Origin: Toensbergia leucococca
Lineage: Eukaryota
Assembly (NCBI GenBank): GCA_022813965.1
Contig: JALDZS010000084.1
Span: 62,001-95,386 of the forward strand
Reading direction: 5' to 3'
DNA length: 33,386 bases
The notes beneath the pieces are model-generated. The model saw only the letters and a program-made list of their open reading frames with translations, was not told the origin of the DNA and ran no database searches. Made by a program: the position numbers and the translations under genes. Shown here piece after piece: positions 11,777 through 22,323 of this stretch; the stretch's first letter is position 1, and every line of letters starts with the position of its first letter.

Positions 11777-12728
11777 TTTACGAAGTAGAGAATGTGGGGA
11801 TTGAGTCTGCTAACGATAAGGCCAAGAGATGTTTACATGCTGGTTTTGATGTATATGGCAAGGGCTCGGCAGGTTTTATGTTGGCAGGTCTGATCTTCTG
11901 GACAGATCATCTTGCATGTTCGCCGGCATCATCATGTGGCAGAGGAACTCGGGTGGGAGCTGAAATGATTCTTCAATTGGTTTACCGTCGGTAATGGCTG
12001 CATAATGGCGTTTTTGAATAAAGTCTGTTGCTATCACCAACCAATTCCAGCGACTTCCAGCTTGGTTTGGAGTCGCACTTGTAGGGTTAATTAACCTAAT
12101 CTGTCATAATCTGGCCTAAATTAGCATGTCACTTTCCCACGTTCTTACTCGCACAAGATGATAGATAAGCAAGCCTTATCGGAAGAAGCTTGAAGATGGA
12201 GACGAGCTGGCCATGTGAAACATCAGTCTTCGGTCACCCATGTCGTGTTCTGGACAGTACGGAGAAGTGAAAGTAAAATGTGTGAGCCAGAGGGAACAGG
12301 GAAATACCAACTAGGGGTGACTGGTGAGACACATAGTCAATAGTAAGATGAGAGATCATGGGCAGTTTACTGTGATGGGCTCGCCCCTCTCTGGATTATG
12401 CAGTAGCATAAGAGAAATCTAAAGCTCGGCCCCCACGGCCGGAGTCCAGGTTTCTCCGCTCACCCACATTCTGCTTTCATCTGAATTGTCAGCAGTAGAG
12501 CACATTACTGCACTCTAGCAACGTCCTCACCAACCTAAAGTTTGCATGATTGGTAAGGACTTTGGGCTTCTCTTCTACCTAATGACTAAAGCCGTCCTAG
12601 TACCCAAGCCTAGCAAGGCTGACAAACAAACCTTAAGCATGGTACAAAAGTGTTTTTGGAAGAGGCGGGGATCTTGCTCCCTCTCTGACCTCAATTCTTC
12701 CTCTTCGGATCCTAGGTAGTAAGGAAAC

Positions 12729-15172
12729 ATGCCCGTCTCAAGCTTGTCACCATCTTCAACTACCACAAACGACAAAGTCCAGAAATCACAATCCTCTCCC
12801 GCAGTTGCGAGCATCCGATCATGCATTACATGCAAGCGCCGAAAAGTGAAGTGTGACAAGAAAGCTCCCTGCTCCACATGTGTCAAGGCACGTGCCGAAT
12901 GCATCTTCCCATCCGCCGAACGTGCTCGTCGTCGGCCAAAAAGACTCAACGACACAGACTTGCTCGCCCGCTTGAAGCGAGTTGAGAGTGTTGTCAATGG
13001 TTTGGGCGGTGCACTTGATGAAGAGGAAGATGAGGGGGAAGAGGAATATCCGCTGGATAGACCCACGTTGCAGTTTCAGGGTCGAAATAGCCATAGCCAT
13101 ACAAAGAGTTTAAGGGGACAGAATACAGACGTTGCAGAGGATTTTGGGAAGCTGATCGTAAAGGATGGCAGATCACAATACGTGAGCAAGTGTGTCATTG
13201 TCATCGTCTAGTATCTGGCTCGCAGAAACACATGACTAACATTGACAAGTCAGCTATGGGCAGGTCTGAGTGACGAGGTACTGTTTCCGTATATTTCCAA
13301 CTGCGGTTGGAGCTGTTGCATAGTTGTAGTAGATCTGATTCTCAGATATAGGTCCAAGATCTTAAGGGAATGCTTCGAGGGTCATCTCATGATGAAGAAG
13401 ATGATGATCCTGCGACCCTTGAATTTGCATCGCCTTGGTCATCGGCCAATCCCCACGGTTTCATTTTCGGCTTCTGTTCCATAGGATTAAGCTTACGATC
13501 TCTCCATCCTTCACCAGGGCATGTGATCAAGCTTTGGCAGGCGTTTCTTGAAAATATTAACCCACTTACAAAACTGATCCATGCCCCTACCACTCAAAAA
13601 GCTTTGTTCGCAGCCATAGAAAACCTAGATAATGTATCCAAAGGAATGGAAGCTCTGATGTTTTCGATATACTATTCCGCTGTCATATCTCTCTCGCCGG
13701 ATTCATGTGAGACAATGCTAGGAGAGAAGAAGGAGGTTCTACTCGGCAAGTACAAATTCGCTGTTGAACAAAGCCTATCTCGAGCTGGATTCGTCAATTC
13801 GACAGACTGTCTTGTACTACAAAGCCTTGTTTTATTTTTAGTATGTTCTTGAAATTCTTGAACCATCCAGCTAAAATACTAAGCTGTGATGATACAGCTG
13901 ACCGCCCATCGACATGACAACGCACGTTCGATATGGACTCTTACCGGATTGGCAGTCCGAATCGGTCAGTCCATTGGCCTGCACCACGATGGAGCACGTT
14001 TCTCACTTACTCCTTTTGAGGTTGAGATGCGTCGCCGGCTTTGGTGGCAAATTGCCATGCTTGACTCCCGTAGTTCAGAGATCAATGGTTCAGAGAACAA
14101 CATCCTCGCGCACTCATTTGATACGAAAATCCCTTCCAATGTGAATGACAGCGACCTACATCCTGATATGGGAGAACCACCAACGGAACATGAAGGCACC
14201 ACAGAGATGACCTTTTGCATAATGAGGTGTGATATAGCTAGCTCATTACGCAGACTGACGAGCACCACCTCAGTCCATGGAACATGGCATAGCCTAGGTA
14301 CTGCAGCTCTGTCGCTTAGGGAGAAGGACAAATTCATCGATGAAACTCAATGTTTTCTAGAGAAGAAATATGCCAGGTATTACGACTCAACGATACCACT
14401 GTATTATGTTGCTGCAGTCGTGTGTAAACTGGTCATTTGCAAAATGAGACTGATGGCTCATCATCCCCGCCAGTACTCTGATGGAGGCGCTCATTTACCG
14501 CAAGAGAAAAAAAACCTACTATTCATCAGATCCTTGGAAGTCATTGAGTACTCCAATCTCTTTGAGTCAACTGAGGGCACTCAAAAATGGGCCTGGCACT
14601 TCCAGACTTATTTTCAGTGGCACGCCTTCACTTATCTTCTTGGCGAGCTTTGCATTCGAAAATCTGGGCACCAGGTTGAGAGAGCTTGGCGTGCGGTTGG
14701 GGTGGTTCTTGAGAGATATCGAATGATAATGGAAGAAAAGAATAAAGAACTGCTGTGGAAGATGATGGAATCCCTCATAAATAAGGCTTGGGCAGTGCGT
14801 GAGCAGGAACTTCTACGTCAACGTCAGGGAATAATGAATATCGATGGAGATAATCACACATCGATTCGAAGCTCGAAGAGTCTCGCCGACAATGCTCCGC
14901 CGTCTAGGTCTTTACCGCGTGAGGAGTTTTCGCCGATCCCTCCCTTTACCTTCGCACATACACAATCTGCTCTTAACGCTAGCGGATTGACTACTCAGAA
15001 CGAACAATCAGCCCTTCTTCAGTGCAGCGTTTCTCAGCCGAATGACTTCCCAACTCTTAGCGGTGACGAGTTTTTGGATCCTCTTACCATGCCAGATCCG
15101 CTGTCAACGGGGCAGGGTCCATTGAATTGGACAGATTGGGAAAATTTGGTACGAGATTTTCAGATGAGATAA
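12729..15172 (+). CDS. Zn(II)2Cys6 binuclear-cluster transcription factor with fungal-specific TF middle domain, about 750 aa
   Basis: SCITCKRRKVKCDKKAPCSTCVKARAEC. Exons 12729-13189, 13250-13277 (28-nt micro-exon giving YVSNQLWAGLSDE), 13352-13840 and 13898-15172 (2253 nt). Middle-domain motif GLAVRIGQSIGLHHDG...EVEMRRRLWWQI. Confidence 0.93.
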
Positions 15173-15392
15173 ACGAATTCAGAATTATGTCGGCCATGGT
15201 GAAATTGGGTAGTAATGGGGGATCGAGCGTATGTAGGTAAGGGTTGTATGATCACTAGTCCGACCTTGGCAACGAAATGGTGGGGCTCCCATCTGACGAA
15301 ACCGTTATCAAATATCTCCTTTGCCGCTTTCCATTCGCGAGGTCCACATCCACTTAGTTGTGCTCTGATGTTGCTGGCCTCTAAACCTAGCA

Positions 15393-16070
15393 TATTTGTT
15401 CAAGATTGTAGAAGGCGAAGCCCATTGAAATCAAGCAGAATGGGCTCTCCGTGCTTGGATACTACAGGGACCGTGTTAGTGCATTGCACTATGTTATAGT
15501 CGTCTCGAGGGAGCGCGACACCAGTCGAAGTCACCCGAAGTGTCGAGAATAGCCTTTGATTTCTTCATCATCATTGAACTCTGCCAACGGCAAAGCTCTG
15601 GAGAGCCAGGGGTCCGAAAAGTTTTTAGCTTCGCCAGCTCACGTCGAAGCAATACACACCGAAAGCCTTCGAATGTAACGATTACAACATCTTGGAGGGC
15701 GAGGACTTCAATTAGGTCTGGTATAGTTCAGCGCGTGTGACAAAGGTACCCAGAGAGAACAATGAACGTGGAAGAGGACTACCGCGAGAGCTGAAACGTC
15801 CACTTTTAGCAACCTCCGAGTCCTCCAAATCCCGATCCACTTTCCATGGTCACGCACTCCGAATACGATGTCACTATTTTCAACGACCTTGCCCATGAAG
15901 TTTTCGTCGTGGCCTACTTCGGCTTCAATGTTCTAGCTGCCCGAATTGTAGCAAATCTCAACCGAGTCTCGTGGACAGCTTTCTCGCTCAACAAGATCTC
16001 GCTTCCTCCTGGGCTTTGCGAATCTATCTGAATCATTCAATCTTGTATGACGGAGTCGATGAGTTGAAGC
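15393..16070 (+). pseudogene. BTB/POZ-domain gene remnant
   Basis: One + frame reads YLFKIVEGEAH*NQAEWALRAWILQGPC*CIALCYSRLEGARHQSKSPEVSRIAFDFFII and, after further stops, DLAHEVFVVAYFGFNVLAARIVANL. This matches fungal BTB hallmarks as I recall them (F-x-I-V-V-G, E-x5-I-x-LP-x5-F-x2-F, HxxVYVxADKYxxxxL). At least five in-frame stops. Confidence 0.5.
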
Positions 16071-17283
16071 ACGTCGATGTGCCGTCAAACGCATTCGAGA
16101 GCGTAAAAGGTGCGTATCTAAATACAGCTGCACAACCGTTGATTTTGAGTCGCGGTGAGACTCGACAGCGGTGCACCGAAGTGTACCGCTTGTTACGAGG
16201 TATATTCGTGGTGTCTCAAGTAGTGTTTTTGAGATGGATTTCGTTTGTTTGACCGAACGGTAGAATTCGCTCTTTCGACGTGTTTGGTCTTGGAGCCATC
16301 TTACAGAATACTGACACTGATAGACTCGACAAGAAAAGCTTCTTGAATCTGTGACCCAAAGAGATTGATGTCAGCCGTGATTCCGAGTGAAAGTTGCTAA
16401 GATCGCAAAATTGTCCAAACAAGAAATGGACCAAAGGATACAATACAGCCACTGGTGCACTCGGGTGCAGATGAAACCTTCATGAACCTGGCGAACACTC
16501 GTACCAGTTCACAATCCGAAGTACCTGATGATCGGCTGAATCTCTGCCAGCGTCGCCAGCCAGGACGATAAAGACAAGCCATGCTCTGGCTTCTTAGCCC
16601 GATCCAATTTGGTCAATGGTATTATATTCTAACCTGAGCTCTTCGATTGCAACGGACCTCGAGACTGTTCTGACGGCAATGGTATTCTTTGAGGTAAGAA
16701 ATCAAGTCAATAAGAAGATCCAACGAAGATGCTCCGATTATCCTAGGAATCTGGCAACATCTCTGGCTGTGGCAATGACCCTATGGTAATACTTTTGCTG
16801 TGACATGTTCACGTAGCAACCGGGCCAGAACAGGGTAATGATCAAGTCTAGGTAGTAGAGGAAGAATGAGTAGGGAAAGCGTGCGTTATCCGAAAAGACG
16901 GTATCAATAATTTCGACCTGTTTCACCCAAGAGTTGACATCCATAGGGCTTGAAATCCTATTTCGGCATTAACAAAGTGCCGTTACGGTTGAAAAATCGC
17001 CGAATAGGGCCCGAACGGAGCGAGTGCTAAGTAGGTACTCTATTACCAATCCTCCAGAAGCTTGCAGAAAATGATTACCAACGAGAAAATTTTTAGGCCT
17101 TTTCGCAGAATTGAGATTCATTTTCAGGTTTATTACTCACAAGAGACTCAGCTGTAAGTGCACAGAATGTATGTCAGGGGAATAAAACGCCTACCAAGCT
17201 CAAAAATGGAGCCAATATTTCCAGGAGAACCTCCACCATGGAAGCATCAACCCGAAACACAAAATAATTATGAAAGCCTCATA

Positions 17284-17368
17284 TCAAGCCGCATGGATCG
17301 AACCCGCGAGGACTTTTATCGTTGTTGAATAGGCAAAGTCCTGTGCTACAAGATTACATAAGAGATGC
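17284..17368 (-). other. Degenerate tRNA-like element / isolated Pol III B-box
   Basis: Minus strand: TGTAATCTTGTAGCAC (D-arm-like), 8-bp hairpin AGGACTTT...AAAGTCCT containing CT-TTG, then GCGGG-TTCGATC-CATGC (B-box GGTTCGATCC). The acceptor stem does not pair and the variable loop is missing, so this is not a functional tRNA. Confidence 0.25.
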
Positions 17369-18378
17369 GTCTATGAGGTCCGGGAGAGCACTAAGGGGTA
17401 AAGTAGTTGTGAAAGGAGTTCCTCATATATTTTTACCTGATCTCTGTCTCAACTGCATTGCAGATCCATTCCTCGTCATGACACTAGAGGGTTTTGAGCC
17501 TTATAGGCATACCCAACTAGTCTCTCGCATTTCAAATCCACCCACTCTCTTTCCGCTTTCTTTTATAGTTAGTTTTTACGTGCTTCTTCTCTACATCAGT
17601 CTTATGCAAACAGCTTTTGCTTTCGGATTCATGGTTTTGATATTGGCTTAGCCTCTTGATACTCACTCTCCAACGTAGGCATCATAAATTGCCCTTTACT
17701 AATATGATCTGGTCATTGCAACCTACACACCAGAGTAGACGATAATTATGTACATTTAAGACTACTTTCCTCTTTCCCACGGCCCACTCCTACCCACTGC
17801 ATACCCCTACCTAGACCCTGAGCTTGGTTGCAGATACTTGAAAGAATTAATGACTGTCCGCACACAGGCAAAGGATAATTTTCTTCCACAGTCTAATTCA
17901 GCTTGCTTGAATCATACGTCAAACATGGTACGTAGGGTTTACTAGTAATGACCTTGTCAATACTTCAATGTGAAATATTCTACTAGTACTTTGTAAGCTG
18001 GAGTCGGTTCTGCAGGTCTTTGCATTCATTATCACTACCCATCGTTGTTTCAGGACGGTGAAGTGAAAAGTCTCAGATTTCAGACTAAGCGCCTTTAAGT
18101 CGCTTTGATCCAAAAAAACACGGAAAGGACGCATGTCCACCAGTTAAAACCATAACTTTACCGTACAGTATGCTCGACTAGTCCAGAACGGACTACATAA
18201 CAAAAGCGTCAAATTGTATCAACTAACGATGAAATGAACTACTAAGGACTCATAGGTAAATAGTCCTCAAACAATCCCCCGGATTATGAAGAGCGTTCAA
18301 TAAAACATTAAACACATCAATCATTCTTCCTCAATTCTCAATCAAAACCTCTTTCTCTCGATCATTCCTACAAAAGAA

Positions 18379-18717
18379 ATGCCATTGCCATCGCCATCCG
18401 CCTCTCCCCGTAACCCAAATCCTCCACGAAACCCCCGAATCATCGTCGCTCTCCACCTCGGCTCGGTACCCACGCCCAGAGACTGGGGAACTTGGGTCTT
18501 AGATCTAATGTCGGCCGCTCACGGCGTCAGCTCGGATGTCTGTTTTGCGGGCACCTTCAACACGGCCGAGGGTGGGTGCTTGCTGCTCGTGACGATGCCG
18601 GGGCGGGCATATGATGCGATAAGGGAGGATCCAGCGTGCCGCTTTGTGGGGGTTACTATGTCAGATAACCTTTTGCTGCCGGAGCCACAGGCGAACGAAG
18701 GGGAATGTAGCAATTAA
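18379..18717 (+). CDS. Small stand-alone protein (112 aa) with a predicted beta-alpha-beta-beta-alpha-beta (ferredoxin-like / I9-prodomain-like) domain
   Basis: Intronless, GC-rich relative to its flanks, preceded by a CT-rich leader and AGAAATG. Pattern RIIVALHL / PRDWGTWVLDLM / VCFAGTF / CLLLVTMP / AYDAIREDPA / CRFVGVTMSDNL resembles a domain I recall at the C-terminus of fungal caspase-like proteins. Confidence 0.7.
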   Translation: MPLPSPSASPRNPNPPRNPRIIVALHLGSVPTPRDWGTWVLDLMSAAHGVSSDVCFAGTFNTAEGGCLLLVTMPGRAYDAIREDPACRFVGVTMSDNLLLPEPQANEGECSN

Positions 18718-19496
18718 AGGAGGAGGAAAGAAGTTCTTGGGGGAAGGAGTTCTTGGGTTCTTGATGGGCACCATTCATTGCCTCATTGGTAGCGGGTCGT
18801 GACGGGTGAAGGGTTTAATTCCATTCTGTCATGAGACATGTGCATTAATTGAGACTGATGAATATCACGTTGGGAAATGAGGTAGCTCGAGGCAGATTAG
18901 ATGTCGAGAGGTCGTGTTTCATTCAGGACTTGTCCAATGGCTTTCAGTAGGCAAATGTCGAGATTCCCTGCTTAGTCCCGACAAATTCCTTATTGCCTCT
19001 TTGGGAGAATTGAGTCGGTTGAGGATCTCAATGCTTGTCTATCAGAGATATGTTCATTGGAAGATTTAGGTGGTTTGAATAGAGTAAGGATTGATCTATT
19101 AATGTTCCCTGACAGTTAATCTTAGCAAATCGAATAGCTTCAATGTAATCTGTCCGGCTTATCCACTTGATCGGCTCGGCGAGTAGCCAAATGCTTAAAT
19201 GCCGCTCGTTGATTGGTTGAGTGCCTCGACACTGCATTCAACGTGCATCCAACGTGCATCTGACATTTCTCTCAACAGCGCCACTTACGCCCTTCCAGCT
19301 TATCGACGAGTCGAGCGACTCGATGCGAACCCTCTCCCGCCAATCTCATCGTAGCCTGGCTTGCGGCGCTGACGAAGGATGCAGGACCACTTACCGCACG
19401 ACGTCTACAGACGGTGCATCTTATCTCTTCAACCTCCCGACTTGCCGCCAGACGACCTGTTATGCGCTGCAGTAACATGTCGCCTGCCGTGACACG

Positions 19497-21083
19497 ATGA
19501 TTGCGACGTGGTCCGAACAGAGCATCAGTCGACAAGTCACCAGGAAATACATCATTGCGAGGCTACAAGACAAACATCAAGAAACCCTCCATCGACCCTT
19601 GGCTTTCGGCCGTGGCTTGACAGATGATACTTATCTCGACTGGATCATAGGCAGAGGAAGACGCTGGTTCCTGATCTTGGATCACATTGGTGTACCTGAC
19701 CACATTCTCGAGGTCATTGACAGAGCCTTGGATGACGAAGATCTCCCCGTGCATGAGGAAACTCTGGCCGAACTAAAGCTGTTCCCCGGCAAATCAGATA
19801 CCTTGGAAAAGAAATTCTATCGCTCGCAGTTCAAATACCTCGTACGAGATCTCGTACCGGGTGGCCACATGGATTACGAACTGGATGAGATCCTCCCCAT
19901 CGATCCCATATCCAAACGGGCTAGCCTCCTCCCAAGCCATGACACGGACAAAATCCACGCCTACGACAAGGTGTACTCGCGGAAGAAGGTGCTCACCAAT
20001 GGAGAAGACGGCATTGAACGAGTGCATTTTGTGATGCATCTCAAGTCTCTTCTAACTCTTCACCATCCCAACCTGGTCTCTGTCTGGGCAACATACACCC
20101 AAAATAACCATAGCTATATGCTCCTCAGCCCCTCAATCGACCTAACCCTCAAAAGTTTTCTCGATGAACCCCCTAAAGCCTTCAAAGCCCTTCCAAAGCC
20201 CCTCCGACGCGAGATCCTTCTAACCTGGACCCAAGACCTCACCTCCGCCGTACTCTACCTTCACTCCCACAATCTTTCACACACCGCCATCCGCCCAACT
20301 GCAATTCTCGTCTCCGGGAACAACACAATCCATCTCAGTGACTACTCTGCCCTCTCAACTTTGGATAGCAAACCCGCGTCATATGAGCGCGATACCTACG
20401 AGCACGGCCCTCCAGAATACTGGCAACGCACTCCCTCCCTCCACCTGACCACTCCCAAACAGTCCATCCTCCCCAACGGTGGCCGGACGTCTAGGCGCCT
20501 CCCCAAACAAAGCACCACCCGTCCCCCTACAATCTCCTCAGACTCCAGCACTCCCACCACTCTAATAACAACATTTCACCCCCCTTCCCCATCGCCCACT
20601 CCCTCCTACCCCGCCGACATCTTCTCTCTCTCCACGATTATCCTCACCATCCTCTCCTCCCTCCTCTCCCACTCTCCCAAATCCTTCGCCTTCCACCGCT
20701 CGCGTCTTAATCGCTCAGCCGGTCGCGGCGGCGCCCCTGCAGACGCTAGCTTCCACGCTAATCTGGGGCAAGTGGGAAAGTGGATGGACATGCTTGAGCG
20801 AGAGGCTGAAAGGAAGGAGGAGAGGATTTTTGAGGGTGTGAGGGGGTTGGTGGGAGTTTGTAGGAGGGGGCTGGCGAGGGATGGGAGGGAGAGGTGGGAG
20901 ACCGAGGTGATGGATGAGGAGGTCAGGAGGTGGGTTGAGATTGGGGTTGGTGAGACGGTCGGGGTTTTGAATACTGAGGGGAGTGAGGGCTTGGCGGGGG
21001 TGAGAGTTGAGAGGATGGTTGAGGTGGGGGCTTTGGGGAGGATGTTGCGCGAGAATGAACATTGGCCGCTGAGGAGTGATTGA
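19497..21083 (+). CDS. Protein kinase-like protein, probable pseudokinase (528 aa)
   Basis: Single long ORF. Kinase-fold elements LHHPNLVSVWATY, AVLYLHSHNLSH and subdomain IX PADIFSLS. The catalytic loop reads HTAIRPTAIL instead of HRDxKPxN, and DFG is replaced by DYS. Confidence 0.85.
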   Translation: MIATWSEQSISRQVTRKYIIARLQDKHQETLHRPLAFGRGLTDDTYLDWIIGRGRRWFLILDHIGVPDHILEVIDRALDDEDLPVHEETLAELKLFPGKSDTLEKKFYRSQFKYLVRDLVPGGHMDYELDEILPIDPISKRASLLPSHDTDKIHAYDKVYSRKKVLTNGEDGIERVHFVMHLKSLLTLHHPNLVSVWATYTQNNHSYMLLSPSIDLTLKSFLDEPPKAFKALPKPLRREILLTWTQDLTSAVLYLHSHNLSHTAIRPTAILVSGNNTIHLSDYSALSTLDSKPASYERDTYEHGPPEYWQRTPSLHLTTPKQSILPNGGRTSRRLPKQSTTRPPTISSDSSTPTTLITTFHPPSPSPTPSYPADIFSLSTIILTILSSLLSHSPKSFAFHRSRLNRSAGRGGAPADASFHANLGQVGKWMDMLEREAERKEERIFEGVRGLVGVCRRGLARDGRERWETEVMDEEVRRWVEIGVGETVGVLNTEGSEGLAGVRVERMVEVGALGRMLRENEHWPLRSD

Positions 21084-21241
21084 TTTTGGGCTGGTGAGGG
21101 GAGGGCGGCGCTGGCTTAATGGACACTTGGGAATTTGCCTTTGGTCGAGGTTGGGGATTTTTAGGTGAAATCGGGACTGGTGATTGTTTGGGTTGCAAGG
21201 TTTATGGAATAGGGGATACTCTCTTGGGCTTTTCACTTTTT

Positions 21242-21243
<2 letters not shown>

Positions 21244-21272
<29 letters not shown>
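21244..21272. repeat. Poly(T)29 homopolymer
   Basis: 29 consecutive T downstream of the pseudokinase stop. Confidence 0.95.
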
Positions 21273-21834
21273 GATGTGGTGGAGATTCCCTTTCTGTTTT
21301 TTTGTTTTTTTTTTGGTTTTTCTTGGCTTGATAGGTCAACTGGAGGGGAGCGAGGGGGCGGGTGGCATAGCTGGTGTTTGTAGAGTAGGTTGGATCTTTA
21401 TTATGGGATGTGTGTGCTGTTTATCACGTGTAACGATAGCCCCATTTCTTTTCTTTCTCAGATAGGTACTCTTATGAGTAGTTTCTTAGGATTGATTGAT
21501 TGATTTGCTGGCGTGATTGTCATTATATCTCCTATCCCCCCCTAAATCCCCCCTCCCAACGCCAATATCAATATTCCTACAGCCCCCCCCCCTGATCCCT
21601 TGATCCTACCCATAATCCCGTTTCAGAATCCGAGGTAACGATCATCTGAGAAATTCAACTTCTGTTTCATTTTATTATTATTTTGGGGCGGGGTTTTTTT
21701 GATGAAAAGGCATAAACGGTGGCGTTTTTGTTTTTTTTTTTGGTAAGGGAGATTTGGGAATGTACTCGTAGATGCTGTTGAAGCTGTGAGATGTAGAAAG
21801 GTGTGTTGGTACCATTTTGGATGTCTGAATTTTG

Positions 21835-21858
21835 TTTTTTTTTGGGGGGGGGGGGGGG
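21835..21858. repeat. T9-G15 compound homopolymer
   Basis: T9 at 21835-21843 directly followed by G15 at 21844-21858. Confidence 0.95.
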
Positions 21859-22289
21859 AAATGATGATGTGGGGATTTTGTGTGGTGTTTGGGATTGTGT
21901 TTTGAGTTGTAGGAGGATCTCTTGGATTTGTTTGTGCGGTTTGGGGATGGTTTTGGTTGGGAGGGTTGTTGTTGTCCCCCTTGTAACTGCAGAGGGAGTT
22001 TTTGAGTTGGAGCAGATGGGGGTTCCTCTATTTCCTCCTGCGCGGGTTTGATTTTGGTTGAGATGTGTGAAGCAGTTGATATTCTGGGGGTGATTTGTCA
22101 TTTGGGGGATGTTTGAGGGCAGGGTTTTCGTGGATTTTGAGTTTGAGGCGTGGGTGGTGAGAAGGCAGTGTGTGTGAGTTGATAAGAGGGGGGGGGAGTA
22201 ATTCAAGTGTGAGAATATTGGGGTTTTTGGGAGGAGGGCAGATGCGGATGGGTGGGGGTGTGTGTGTTGATTGAGTGATTCAGGGAGGA

Positions 22290-22323
22290 GGGGTTGAAAG
22301 ATTTGGGGTTGAAAGATTTGGGG
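22290..22323. repeat. 15-bp tandem duplication (GGGGTTGAAAGATTT)x2 plus GGGG
   Basis: Exact copies at 22290-22304 and 22305-22319. Confidence 0.9.

Noticed and set aside
1016..15172. Secondary-metabolite cluster (reductase + P450 + Zn2Cys6 TF)
   Set aside because: No PKS, NRPS or terpene backbone gene is in the window, the genes are separated by kilobases of unrelated sequence, and the P450 is disrupted. A backbone gene left of the window cannot be excluded.
17322..17651. 109-aa ORF with a hydrophobic tail
   Set aside because: Non-ATG start, and the hydrophobicity follows from T-rich intergenic composition.
21623..21670. Possible second C/D snoRNA on the minus strand (GTTGAATTTCT complementary to 25S AGAAAUUCAAC, downstream CTGA)
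   Set aside because: No canonical C box, and 11-nt matches to several kb of rRNA are expected many times by chance in 33 kb.
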